Of a stretch of 64,000 nt of DNA, positions 41,422 through 51,626 are shown piece after piece. The stretch's first letter is position 1. The number at the start of each line of letters is the position of its first letter. The notes below the pieces were generated by a model, which was given only the letters and a program-made list of their open reading frames with translations, was not told the origin of the DNA and ran no database searches. Origin of the DNA: Octopus sinensis (Eukaryota); contig NC_042998.1 in the NCBI RefSeq assembly GCF_006345805.1, forward strand, positions 14,818,001 to 14,882,000. The letters run 5' to 3'. The translations under genes were made by a program, and so were the position numbers.

Positions 41422-41620
41422 TTCACCCTTTGATACTAACTTGTTTTGAAATTGCCCCCGATTCTATGATGCGAGCTTCCTGTTTCAAAGTAATCAAAAA
41501 TTTTATGTTAATTTAAGTTCTAAACAACTTTGCAAAGTTACGTTATTAACTTGTTTATATTTTCAAAATTAATTAGAAATCCAGTGTATTTTAACAAATG
41601 TGGCAATAAACTAGTTTAAG
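41422..41620. mobile_element. Second MITE-like family (E), related to 40620-40830 and 34335-34505
   Basis: Starts accctttgatac; interior ttttcaaaattaatt and atgttaattt segments are reverse complements of 40670-40800. Confidence 0.45.
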
Positions 41621-42504
41621 AATTTTCACACTTCTATTTCGAGAAGACTTAATTTGAATTTGGTTTTCTTTATTGTATAATGTTTTCAGGCCTTAAAATT
41701 TATGACTAGTTTTCATCTTCGTTACTCGAAATATGATTTCAATACCAACTTATTGATGTAAAATTTCATTGCTTATTGCTTTTCCTAGGATTTTTCATAA
41801 CTCGTGAAATCTCGAGTCATTGTAAATTCTTAGTATCAATCAATGAATTTCATCAGTTGTAAATGTAATAATAAAAACCGATTTATCTAGTTTTATGTGA
41901 AAGTTTTGCTAATGACATTATTACATTTTATTATTTCTCTCTGTATTAATCATACGTATAGTCAACTTAATGAGCCAATGAAATAAGATTAACTATCTGA
42001 TTGAGATGTGATTGGATAAAGAATCAGTTTGATCTTGAGATTTAATGTTATTTAAGCCCCTTTTATTAAAATCTAATGACTACTCGCACAGTAAAGGAAC
42101 TGAGCTTAGTATGGTAACTTTCGAGGCTAGTTTGTCAGAAACAGAAGAGAATTTTTACAGTAAAAATCAATTAACCACGACTTGGGAAAAGGTAGCTCTC
42201 TTCTGCCAACAGACCGTTGGAATTCAGATCTTCGAAGATGCTGAAAATCTAAATCAGTAAAACAAGGAGTTTGCGGTGAGATGGGGGGCTTGTTCATACC
42301 TAAAGACTCCATTGAATTGGGTATAGTCTTCAATAAGACTACATTATTAAAAATTATTAATCCTTTAGCTGCAAAATCGAATTTTATGGCAATTTCAGTA
42401 ATGATGATGAATATCTGCCAAAAATGTAATGGTTATTTTCTGCTAGTCACATTTCTTTACCAAACTTGATATAGCTCAACAACAAAAAATATAATCTATA
42501 CATG

Positions 42505-42540
<36 letters not shown>

Positions 42541-42767
42541 TTTCCTTATTGCCTACAACGGGCTAAACACAGAGGGGACAAACAAGGAGAGACAAAGGGA
42601 TTAAGTTGATTACATTGATCCCAGTGTATAACTGGTACTTATTTAATCGACTTTGAAAGGTTGAAAGGCAAGGTCAACCTTGGCGGAATTTGAACTCAGA
42701 ACTTAATGGCAAACGAAATACTGCTAAGCATTACACCCGGCATGCTAATGATTCTGCCTGCTCGCTG

Positions 42768-42768
<1 letters not shown>
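42541..42768 (-). mobile_element. tRNA-derived SINE family C
   Basis: Minus-strand B box GTTCAAATTCC; close copy at 57921-58143; sits inside a (TA)n tract. Confidence 0.82.
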
Positions 42769-42800
<32 letters not shown>

Positions 42801-42801
<1 letters not shown>

Positions 42802-42998
42802 GGAGATGTACTTGCATAGCAAGTGATTTGATCTGAGATCGTGTGCTGAAACGAAAACAATTGCAGCGTAGAAGGTGTTTGTAAGCCATTTAAGAAACAC
42901 ATAAAAGCCGTTCGATTCACTTCAACATTTAAGTTTGATTTGTCAAAATATTTTCGTCGCTTTAAGACCGCGACCTGTTCACTGACAAAAATCCGTGC
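42801..42998 (-). mobile_element. About 200-bp hammerhead-bearing retroelement fragment, probably a Penelope-like pLTR remnant
   Basis: CpG-retaining block next to a (TA)n tract, containing the hammerhead motif; boundaries approximate. Confidence 0.55.
42939..42989 (-). ncRNA. Minimal type I hammerhead ribozyme motif (Penelope-like element type) with G3-C8 covariant core
   Basis: Minus strand reads TTTGTCA-GTGAACA-G-GTCGC-ggtcttaaa-GCGAC-GAA-AATATT-T-TGACAAA: 7-bp stem I, 5-bp stem II, GAAA, palindromic stem III. Confidence 0.72.
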
Positions 42999-44639
42999 TA
43001 CATCATATTTCTATATATGTTTCAAATATGGCATTTTCCAAAAGATATTGGTATATAGAATTACTTTCTGCTGCTAAGGGTAATGAAACTGAGTGAATAT
43101 GTGATTTTTTGCTGTAAAAAGGTTAAACAAATTTTTTGTTTTTAAAGTAGTTAGGTTTACTGGAAGTATAAATATTGGCTTATTCCTGAAAGCTACACTT
43201 CAGAATTAATCCCTATAGACATTGATTCCCAAACTTTTTGTATGCCCTGTATCTCATTTTCAAATCAAAGCAAGGCAATGTCTTGGTTGTGCTTTGCAAG
43301 CTTGACTGAATACAGGTAATTTGCTGATTTTTGGCTTGATTGGTGGAAGAACTGAATCCAGACATGCATAAATATATCTTGCAAATGAAACAAGGGCACA
43401 GTTCTTGGTCATAATCATTTCTAGGTTAAATCTAAGCAAACAATTTTGGTGTGATTAGTAGGACCAATTTATATAGAAGCGGTAACTTTTTCTTTGTTGT
43501 ACTCTTTTGAAACATCACAACACCTTTTGTGCTGTGAACTCTTGCTGTAGACACCAAGAGTGTTATTGATGAACTTTGAAAATGAAACTGTTTCTTTATT
43601 CATGATACTCAAGGCATTAAATATTCTAACGTTTTCAACCTATGCTAAATGTGTTGCGTTCATTATACGCATATTTAAAAGCAAATATTTCACTTCCTGC
43701 GTAATGAATTTTAACTGCTAGTTTACGTTGAATTTGTAACAAGTTCCAAGTGAGAAATAGTGCATGTGTACTCAAGATGAGTTTTAGTTAGTGTTGGATT
43801 GCTAACAGTATCTTGTTATTTTTGTAAAATAGATGTTTTTTTTTGCAGTTTGCTTCTTTTATTTAAATGCTACCTGTCTAACATCGTTACTGCTGTATTT
43901 TAATGCTTTTACGAATTTAACTACTAACAAATTTTATGCTTACACCTTTTGATTTTTTTTTTTTTTTTTCTCGTTTATATATATAACTTTAGAATTACCA
44001 TTTGGAATGTTTTTTTGTTAAATAATTTTTCGTTACATATATTCAAATATACTGTGTGCTATTATATGTAGCTATCTAGTTGATCTCACATATGTTGAAA
44101 AATAAAAGAAATTTGTCTGATTAAAAGTACTTTAGTGTCGTAGGTGAATTTTATTAAAAGGTCGGGAGGGGACTGAGACAGTGTCTTGGCTCCGTTTGTC
44201 AGGGACTTTAATGTACTGGGATTTGTGTGCAAAAAAATTCTGATTGTACACTGCTTACAAACTTTCAGTACAGAACTTATTCTAATTATAATACACACAC
44301 GAAAAAAAAAAAAAGCTGAAAATGATCAAATTCAGGCAGAATCTTTAAAGTGTTAGCTAAATTTTTTTTGCAGTTATGAATCTATACTTAATTCAGTTTG
44401 TACTACTGTCAAACTTTCTTTCAATCCCTTAGGGCATTAAAATAGAATTCCAGTTGAATATGGGGTGTTATGGTCAATAAAATGGTACATGCCCCTCTGA
44501 ATTGAGGAACTTTTTGCCTATTCAAGAAATAGGTGATTAAAGCTATAAAAGATTTCGTCTAAATGAGTGTGGATATCATGTCTGAACAACATTTGAATTT
44601 AGTAATGGTGAGCATCATGAAGTCACAGGTTATCATTAT

Positions 44640-44970
44640 AACAACCCTAGCACAAGCATTTTGAGAGGAGTTTTTAGTAGTCATCTTTTCCACCTTCTCC
44701 GTCTTGTCCTAAAGTGAGAGATCAGTCGTTGAGAAAAAGTCCTAGCTACGTTAAAAGAGGTTCTTTCACTACCCGGTGAGTTACTTGGTGTGAGATCTAG
44801 CAATCGGAGTGATTTTAAAGATTCTAGTTGAGTGATGTTTCTGATAAAGGGACGAGGAATGTGTTTTCTTGGTATGAGTTGAAATTTGTTTCCGTATTGT
44901 AGAGACGAGATGGGCATATAATTTGAGGAGGCTTTCAAGTCAGTGTAGATTTGATCCGGTTGCAAGTGAA
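44640..44970 (-). mobile_element. Possible degenerate CR1/L2-like LINE ORF2 C-terminal remnant
   Basis: Minus ORF ...FIRNITQLESLKSLRLLDLTP... loosely resembles post-RT motifs of CR1-group LINEs. Confidence 0.3.
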
Positions 44971-47609
44971 TAATGCATGTCTGGGAGGAACGAGGGTCAC
45001 TGTCATTTCTTTTCGTATTAAAATGGTGCTGGATGTCACTGGAAGTAGGTCATTGTTGTGTAACAGGAAGATAGTTGTACAGAAAATCATACCTTCATGA
45101 ATATTCTGTATGTTATTTTAAAAATTATTTTAAAATGCATCCACAAAAAAAGTGCATTTAAATGATTATACTTTGTTCATAGGAAGTTGTTGAATGAACT
45201 GATTTTGTAAGATGAACAAAAATTGTTCTTTCCTGAACTTTTTATATCCTTGTCTCACCATCACCTATTACTGTGATGTTTCAAACCTGATGTGTCTGTT
45301 TTAGATTTATGGGGAATTACTACTTCAGAACTCTTGTTTATAACTGGAATTAATCCTTAATATCTGTATCTGTTAAACTTCTCTTTCATTTTTCCTGTTG
45401 GTTTGAGAAATATTGTTTGGCTCCCTATTTCAAATTATTTGCATATGAACTGTCTAATCCACAATAGAAGAGAAAATAGCTATTACACCCTTGTACTAAT
45501 GTGTGATGTGTTCTGTCTGTATCTATTATTAATTGGAGACAATTTTGGTCTAAATATTTCTGGGATAGAAATATAAAAATTTGGTTGTTTTGTTTTAAAT
45601 TTTAGTTTTTATAGAAAATGCTATAACTTAGAAAGAAAATATCTTTGTGAATTCTTTCTATGAAAATGAATTATTGCTGTAATATGCAACTTTTTTATTG
45701 TATGTACATAACCGCCTGTACTTTTAAAATGGGAAAAGGCTATTCTTTACTTTCTCTATAAAATAAATAAAAGCTTTTATGATGGAATATATTCATTGTT
45801 TTCAAAAACCAATGAAATATTTGCAGGAGTTTGTAAACAAAACGTTACAAGTTGTATTAATCCTTCTTATTGGCTTTTAAAGCTGATGCATGTATACAGC
45901 TGGAGTTTGAGGAGAGAGAGAGGGAAATTCTATATCAGATTATAGATATTTCTCAGACACCAATTTGACATTGGTACTCTACTGTGTAATGTAAATTTAA
46001 TGAGTTGTGTTACTGATATTTCTACATCCGATTCTACTCATCCATTCCACCAAAAATATCACTAGGGCAATACACCTAGAATCTCAAACAAAATAAAGAG
46101 GGGGAAAAAATGCTTGGTAGATTAATATTCAAAACCATACTATCAGCAATCAGCAAGTATATATACAAAAAAAACAAAACAAAAAAAATCTTTTAATTAT
46201 CTGATGTTTTTAAAGTCAAAATATGTAGGATGCTGAATAATTCATCTACAGTTTTTCTATCTTTTTTTTTTTTAAAATGTGTGGTGGGGAGACTTTTAGA
46301 AGTAATGTTCTACATTCTGCCTTAACTTCCATCAAATAAATAATTCTCGGTAATAAATTTTTATCTCTATTGCACTGTGTGCTAAGTTTCACAAAATTGT
46401 TTCCTTTACTTACTCTTTGTATTTCTGTTTGAAATTGGTTTGTGAATTTCTTTATTTTTTTTTATTGGGTTAGTTTTAATCCTATTTCTTTTTGTATTTT
46501 ATTTGTAAAATGGGCTTGATAGCTGTGTCATGAAATTTGTTCCATAAAACATCACTTTAGTCATACTCTCTCTGAACTGTTACACTAAAGTTCTTTGTAA
46601 TGATGTGAACAGTACTAAACACGTGTGTAATATGACGACTGTGAATCCATATTTTTATCCTCATTTCTTTGTTATATTTAAAATGTTTTCATAAAAAATA
46701 GTGGATAGAAATGTTAGACAGACATAAATCTTGAACTAAGTTAAATTTGAAGCGAGAATTTTCCTTGGCCCCATGGTATATTTTAGTTCTGAATGCTGTA
46801 GGTTGACCACTTCAACATGAATAGGTGACAGATTTTAGTACAAAAATCTGTCCATTGGCTGTCCCCTGATCGCAAAAGCTTGAATATACATAAACATGAA
46901 ATGGTAAATCCAGTGTAAGCAAAGTGCAAATTCAGCCCTTTTTGTAATGGGTCTACGGAGTGAAAAAGACGATTCCTTGTTTGATAAAATTAAAGATGCA
47001 AGGAACAGCAATTGCATGTACGTTTGGATATGAAGCAGTGTGGGTTGTTTTGATGTTTTTAGGTTGGCATAAATATTTTTACTGCTAAATATATTTCCTT
47101 CTGTTAACCACCGAACTGTAAAATAGTTAAATCTCTTCTTTAATTATGGAGTGCACACAGTAGAAAGGGCAGCCATGATTGGTCTCTAGACCAGTAATTT
47201 AAATTCTCCAGTGCAAGTGTACCCATTGCTTACACTGTGAAAGACCTTGTGTCCTTCTACATTTGAGGCATATTTTTTAACATTACTGATTGGTCTTAGA
47301 GGCTGTTTACTAATAAAGTGAATCAAAATATTATCCTTGTATTCACACACAAACTGGAAGAAATATTTTAAAAAAGTGTTATTGGAATGTGCTATTACTG
47401 TATGTTGTTTAGTATTAAAGCATAATGCGATGATAAAGCTTGTGTATTTCAATTTAGTGACATTGGGAAGGACTTTTCATTGAAACCTTTCAGAAATAGA
47501 GCCCTTATTAAAAACAGATGTATTTTAGTTAGTCTTCAGTGTATTATGATCTAATAGCTTTTGTGTGAATTGTAATTAAATTTGTCAATTTTTTAAATGT
47601 TTGTTTCAG

Positions 47610-47697
47610 AACACTTCCATATATTTGTTGGTGATTTAAGTCCAGATATTGAAACTCATCAACTACGGGATGCCTTTAAAGCTTTTGGAGAAATATC
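47610..47697 (+). CDS. TIAL1: TIA1/TIAR coding exon: RRM2 RNP2 region ((K)[28 protein letters not shown](S))
   Basis: Acceptor ttgtttcag|, donor |gtaagt at 47698; 88 nt, phase 1 to 2; [11 protein letters not shown] is the TIA-family RRM2 signature. Confidence 0.96.
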
Positions 47698-50124
47698 GTA
47701 AGTATATGACTATTATGTGGTTATGGTTCTCGTCACAAGATGTTGCTTAACCATGTAAGCTCAAAGTTTGTAGTTGCTTGTCTTAAAAATCAAAAAGCAG
47801 AGCAGTATTGGTTATTTGAATCTTGGTTGGATGCAGTTGATTTTTACTCCCCTATTAAAGGTATTATAGATTCTAAAGATAGCTTGAAGCTTTTGCTTAA
47901 AACTGAGCACATACAATTAGCTTAATGTAGACTTCAGTCTGACACAATACAAGAGTTTGATTATAATTTGAAATCACAAAAATCTATACACACATGCACA
48001 CACACTCACCACACACATACACCAGTATGCAGCTGCATGCATGTAAATGCAATCACTCAATGCGTACTGCAAGACATTGAAGAACTCGAGAAATATAGAC
48101 ACAGTTATCTTCCTTAAGTCTACGTAATTCTTTGTGTAAAATATATTTTACACCTGTTGAGGTCAGACCCTTAAAATTTGAACATGCATTGGATATTATG
48201 ATATAATCAATTTCTTTCTCCCTCAATGTACATGTTGCATGTAATTTTTTTTTTTAGGTTGGTGAGCGCTTAAAATTTCATTTTTGTTTTGGAAGAAAAA
48301 AAAATGTATGTAATTAGGTAGAATCTTACCATTTTATGAACTTTGGTGTAAACAAAACCATATAGGTCCTTTTTTGTACTGTAGTAATTGTAATATCAGC
48401 TTATATGTCATCATAGAAAATAGATATATACTATGTGTAATTCACATATGATAAAAGGAATATTTTTTGACTAGAAGGAATGCATTCCGAATCATTTTTT
48501 ATTTTGGCCAACTTTTGAAGTATTTCATGACTTTAGTGTGTCTCGGCGGTAGACTGCAGAAGACTCACTCGGGAAGTAAATTATTTTACCAATATACATA
48601 TACAATCATAATGAATGAATGGTCTTCGTCTGTTTAGGCAACAAGTTTGACGTTTTACTCGACAAATCTTTGCATCTTTTAGGATTACCCAGCTGATAAC
48701 ATCTTGGCTTTCAGTAAGCAGCTGAGTTTGACAGCATTGCAAAATGCCTTGTTTCTAGCTCTGCTTTCTGGATCATGGACCTTATCCAAATGATTATTTT
48801 CAGTAATATATGATTAATTCACTCAAATATTTCAGTGAAAAAAAATTACTTCCTAGACACGTTGATTTACTTGGAAAGGTTTTCTGGTGTTCAAGAATTA
48901 GAATTCTCTCATCAGTTTCTGCTATATAGTTTAATTGTTCTATGGGACAACCTCATAATCTTCGTTTTTATTGGATGAATTTCCATTTAACTCTTCTGTT
49001 GAATATTTTTTGCCTTGAGTTTTAGTAATTTTCCATGGTATTTTGTTGATATTGTGAGGTAAAGAATAGAAGCAATATAAAATTTTAGAAGTCAAGAACG
49101 TTTATTATAGTTTAAACAATGTGATAGCTCACTTTCAATCCTTCTTCTCTACCTTCCATACAATGTATGTGAAAGAACTGCATAAAACGCCTTGAGGTTT
49201 ATAAATTTTGCCCCAATTCTTTACATTTGAGACCATCCAGTCTGATTTCAAACCCACACTATTTATTCCCCAGTATTCATTTTCCCCCCCACCTTTCAAG
49301 TTTGTGTGTATGTGTAACTTCTAATTTTCATGATCACAACCTGGGAAGATTGTTTTGGTTTATACTTTTCAGCTCAGTGACTTTTAAAATTAGGAAACTT
49401 GTGTTGCTAAATTAACAGAGCTTTTTTGCCTTCTCTCTCTGTCTAAATCAGTTTGCAATAAAGCTACTTGAGTCTAATTTGCATTAAAATAGCATGCAGT
49501 AAGTCATTGTTGAAGCCATGTTCACTATTATGTTTGCTGTTACTGTTGTTTCAGATGAGGTTGCAATTAAAATTATACACAAGGTTATATTATTAAACTG
49601 GCCAGAAGTCATTGAACTGCTTCTGTACTGGAGCACTGCCTTCAAGGATTTAGTGGATTATATTAACCCTTACCTCCTCAGTATGCGTTTCAGTCCTGTC
49701 GCTAATAAGTTTCAATTTGGCAAACCATAAGATTAGGGTGTATCAAGTGACACAATCCACATACTTTTACACATACACACACACACACACACACATGCAC
49801 ACACTGTGGTCTTTTGCCGTTTCCATCTACTGAATTCCGCTCACAGACTATTGGTTAACCTGATACGAAGACACTTGCACGCCTAAGGTGATTGCATAGT
49901 TAGGATTGAACCTAGAACTATGTAATTGCAGAAGTGAACTTCTTTATTACCCTACCACATCTATACTTATAAAAAGGCTTATGTGCATTATTTACAATTT
50001 TTTAAAATCAATTCTGTTTCACTTCCCCCCGCTCCATTCCTTTTTTTTTAATCTTCCATTTAGTTTTCTAGTTTGTTATTATATGCGTTTGTGTGCATGT
50101 TTGTGTGTGTATATATATATATAT

Positions 50125-50405
50125 ATCACGTGATCACATGACCGACCAGTCCATCAGATGTAGTTACACATCGCTGGTCACAATGCGTTCGCATTGTTTT
50201 AGCCTTCGAATGACGCCAACCCCGCTGGCTAAGCGAGCAGGCCAACAGAAGAAAGAGTACAGCAGGGATCACCACCCCATGCCAGAGCCTCGTGGAGCTT
50301 TTAGGTGTTTTCGCTCAATAAACACTCACAACGCCCGGTCTGGGAATCGAAACCGCGATCCTACGACCGAGTCCGCTGCCCTAACCACTAGGCCATTGCG
50401 CCTCC
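50125..50405 (-). mobile_element. Young tRNA-derived SINE (family F)
   Basis: Minus-strand head GGAGGCGCAATGGCCTAGTGGTTAGGGC...GGTTTCGATTCCC (A and B boxes), CpG-rich, tail of CACGTGAT-like repeats, embedded in TA/CA microsatellite. Confidence 0.82.
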
Positions 50406-51094
50406 ACACACACATATATATATATATATACACACATGCTCATACATGTATATGCATATACTTGCATACGTATATATGCACACACATGCACATGTGTGTG
50501 TATAATATAAAATCTAATAAGGTGTCATTGACATAACTTGCGTGTTAGTGTTTGTTTGGCTGTATGGCAGAGTTAGCTTGTGTGCTACTAAAATGTACGC
50601 TTTGTGACTGGCTCTGTGTGTCACTTTATATTGTTATATTCAGGATGTACATACATAGCAGAGGTGCTATTTAGCAGATGAATTTTAATTCTCTTCAATC
50701 TTTGTTATTAAACATTGTCTCTGTCAAGTTTTGTATGCAATAATGGTGGTAGAATGATCAGGTTGTCCTGTCAAATGCTGAATTGAAATTTTGGCTCGAT
50801 ATTAACATTGAAAAAGATTTTTGTATGTGTATCCAAGAAGTTTACCTGTGTTGTCTTGTTGATCTTCCAAAAGTATTGATTATATCCCAAAAAAAAAAAA
50901 AAGAAAGAAAAAGAAAAGCAAAAAAAAAATTTGAAAATGCAATATACTAACAAAATTAGGCTGAGAGTGACTTTTACTTTTTGCTTTATTTATTTTTTTT
51001 CCAATTTATTTCTTCTATATTTATTTAGATGCTTTTTAAATTTTTAGCTTTCATTTGTTTTCCCTGTTTTTTTAATATTTTTTTTGAGACCTAG

Positions 51095-51239
51095 AGGGCA
51101 ATTTTATTTGAAGAATAAATGAGGATATCGTATTTGGAGGAAATTTCCACCAAAATTTGGAGGAAATTTATCTTTTACAACTATCACATGCAATTATACT
51201 ACATATATATTTCATTGCGGTTGATCTTTGTATATATAT
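51095..51239 (+). other. Candidate poison exon 1 in the RRM2 intron
   Basis: U-rich tract then cctag|; host frame hits TGA at 51120; donor TAT|gtaagt at 51240 followed by a long U-tract. Confidence 0.35.
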
Positions 51240-51556
51240 GTAAGTTTGTGATTTTGTATTTTATTCTTTTTTTTTTTTAATTTTCTGTTAAGTCCAACAA
51301 ATTTACCTTTAAAAAACTTTGGTTAATGTATATATATTTTGTATGTATACATAAACATGAAAAATTATATTAAAAATTAAATTCCTTGCTAAACTGGCGC
51401 CTCGGGGAAATATCCCAGAGCTCCATTGAACATGAAGAAAGGAATAAAAGGATTTTTTCTGTTGCCATTGCTCATTTTTCTTTTCCAATTCTTCAATTCC
51501 AAACATTGTTGCTGGTGCCATATTTAGTAATTGTTACTTTTCCTAACTTCAAACAG

Positions 51557-51626
51557 ATGACACGACCCGTCGTCCAGTGTACTACTACTACTACCAACAA
51601 ATAAAGCGCAATTTGGCACAGGCTAT
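51557..51626 (+). other. Candidate poison exon 2 (alternative donor at 51709; contains AATAAA at 51600)
   Basis: cctaacttcaaacag|ATGA gives TC+A then TGA, an immediate stop; weak donor TAT|gtatgc followed by about 60 nt of U/C-rich sequence; second donor TGT|gtgagt at 51709. Confidence 0.42.

Noticed and set aside
48640-48690. Minus-strand CCTAAAAGATG...AAAACGTC resembling a decayed PLE hammerhead
   Set aside because: Both core boxes are mutated and stems I and II do not pair convincingly.
50330-50405. Possible tRNA gene
   Set aside because: A/B boxes are present but no full cloverleaf is evident and it continues into a SINE body.
50093-50536. 147-aa ORF
   Set aside because: Reads through an antisense SINE and microsatellites.
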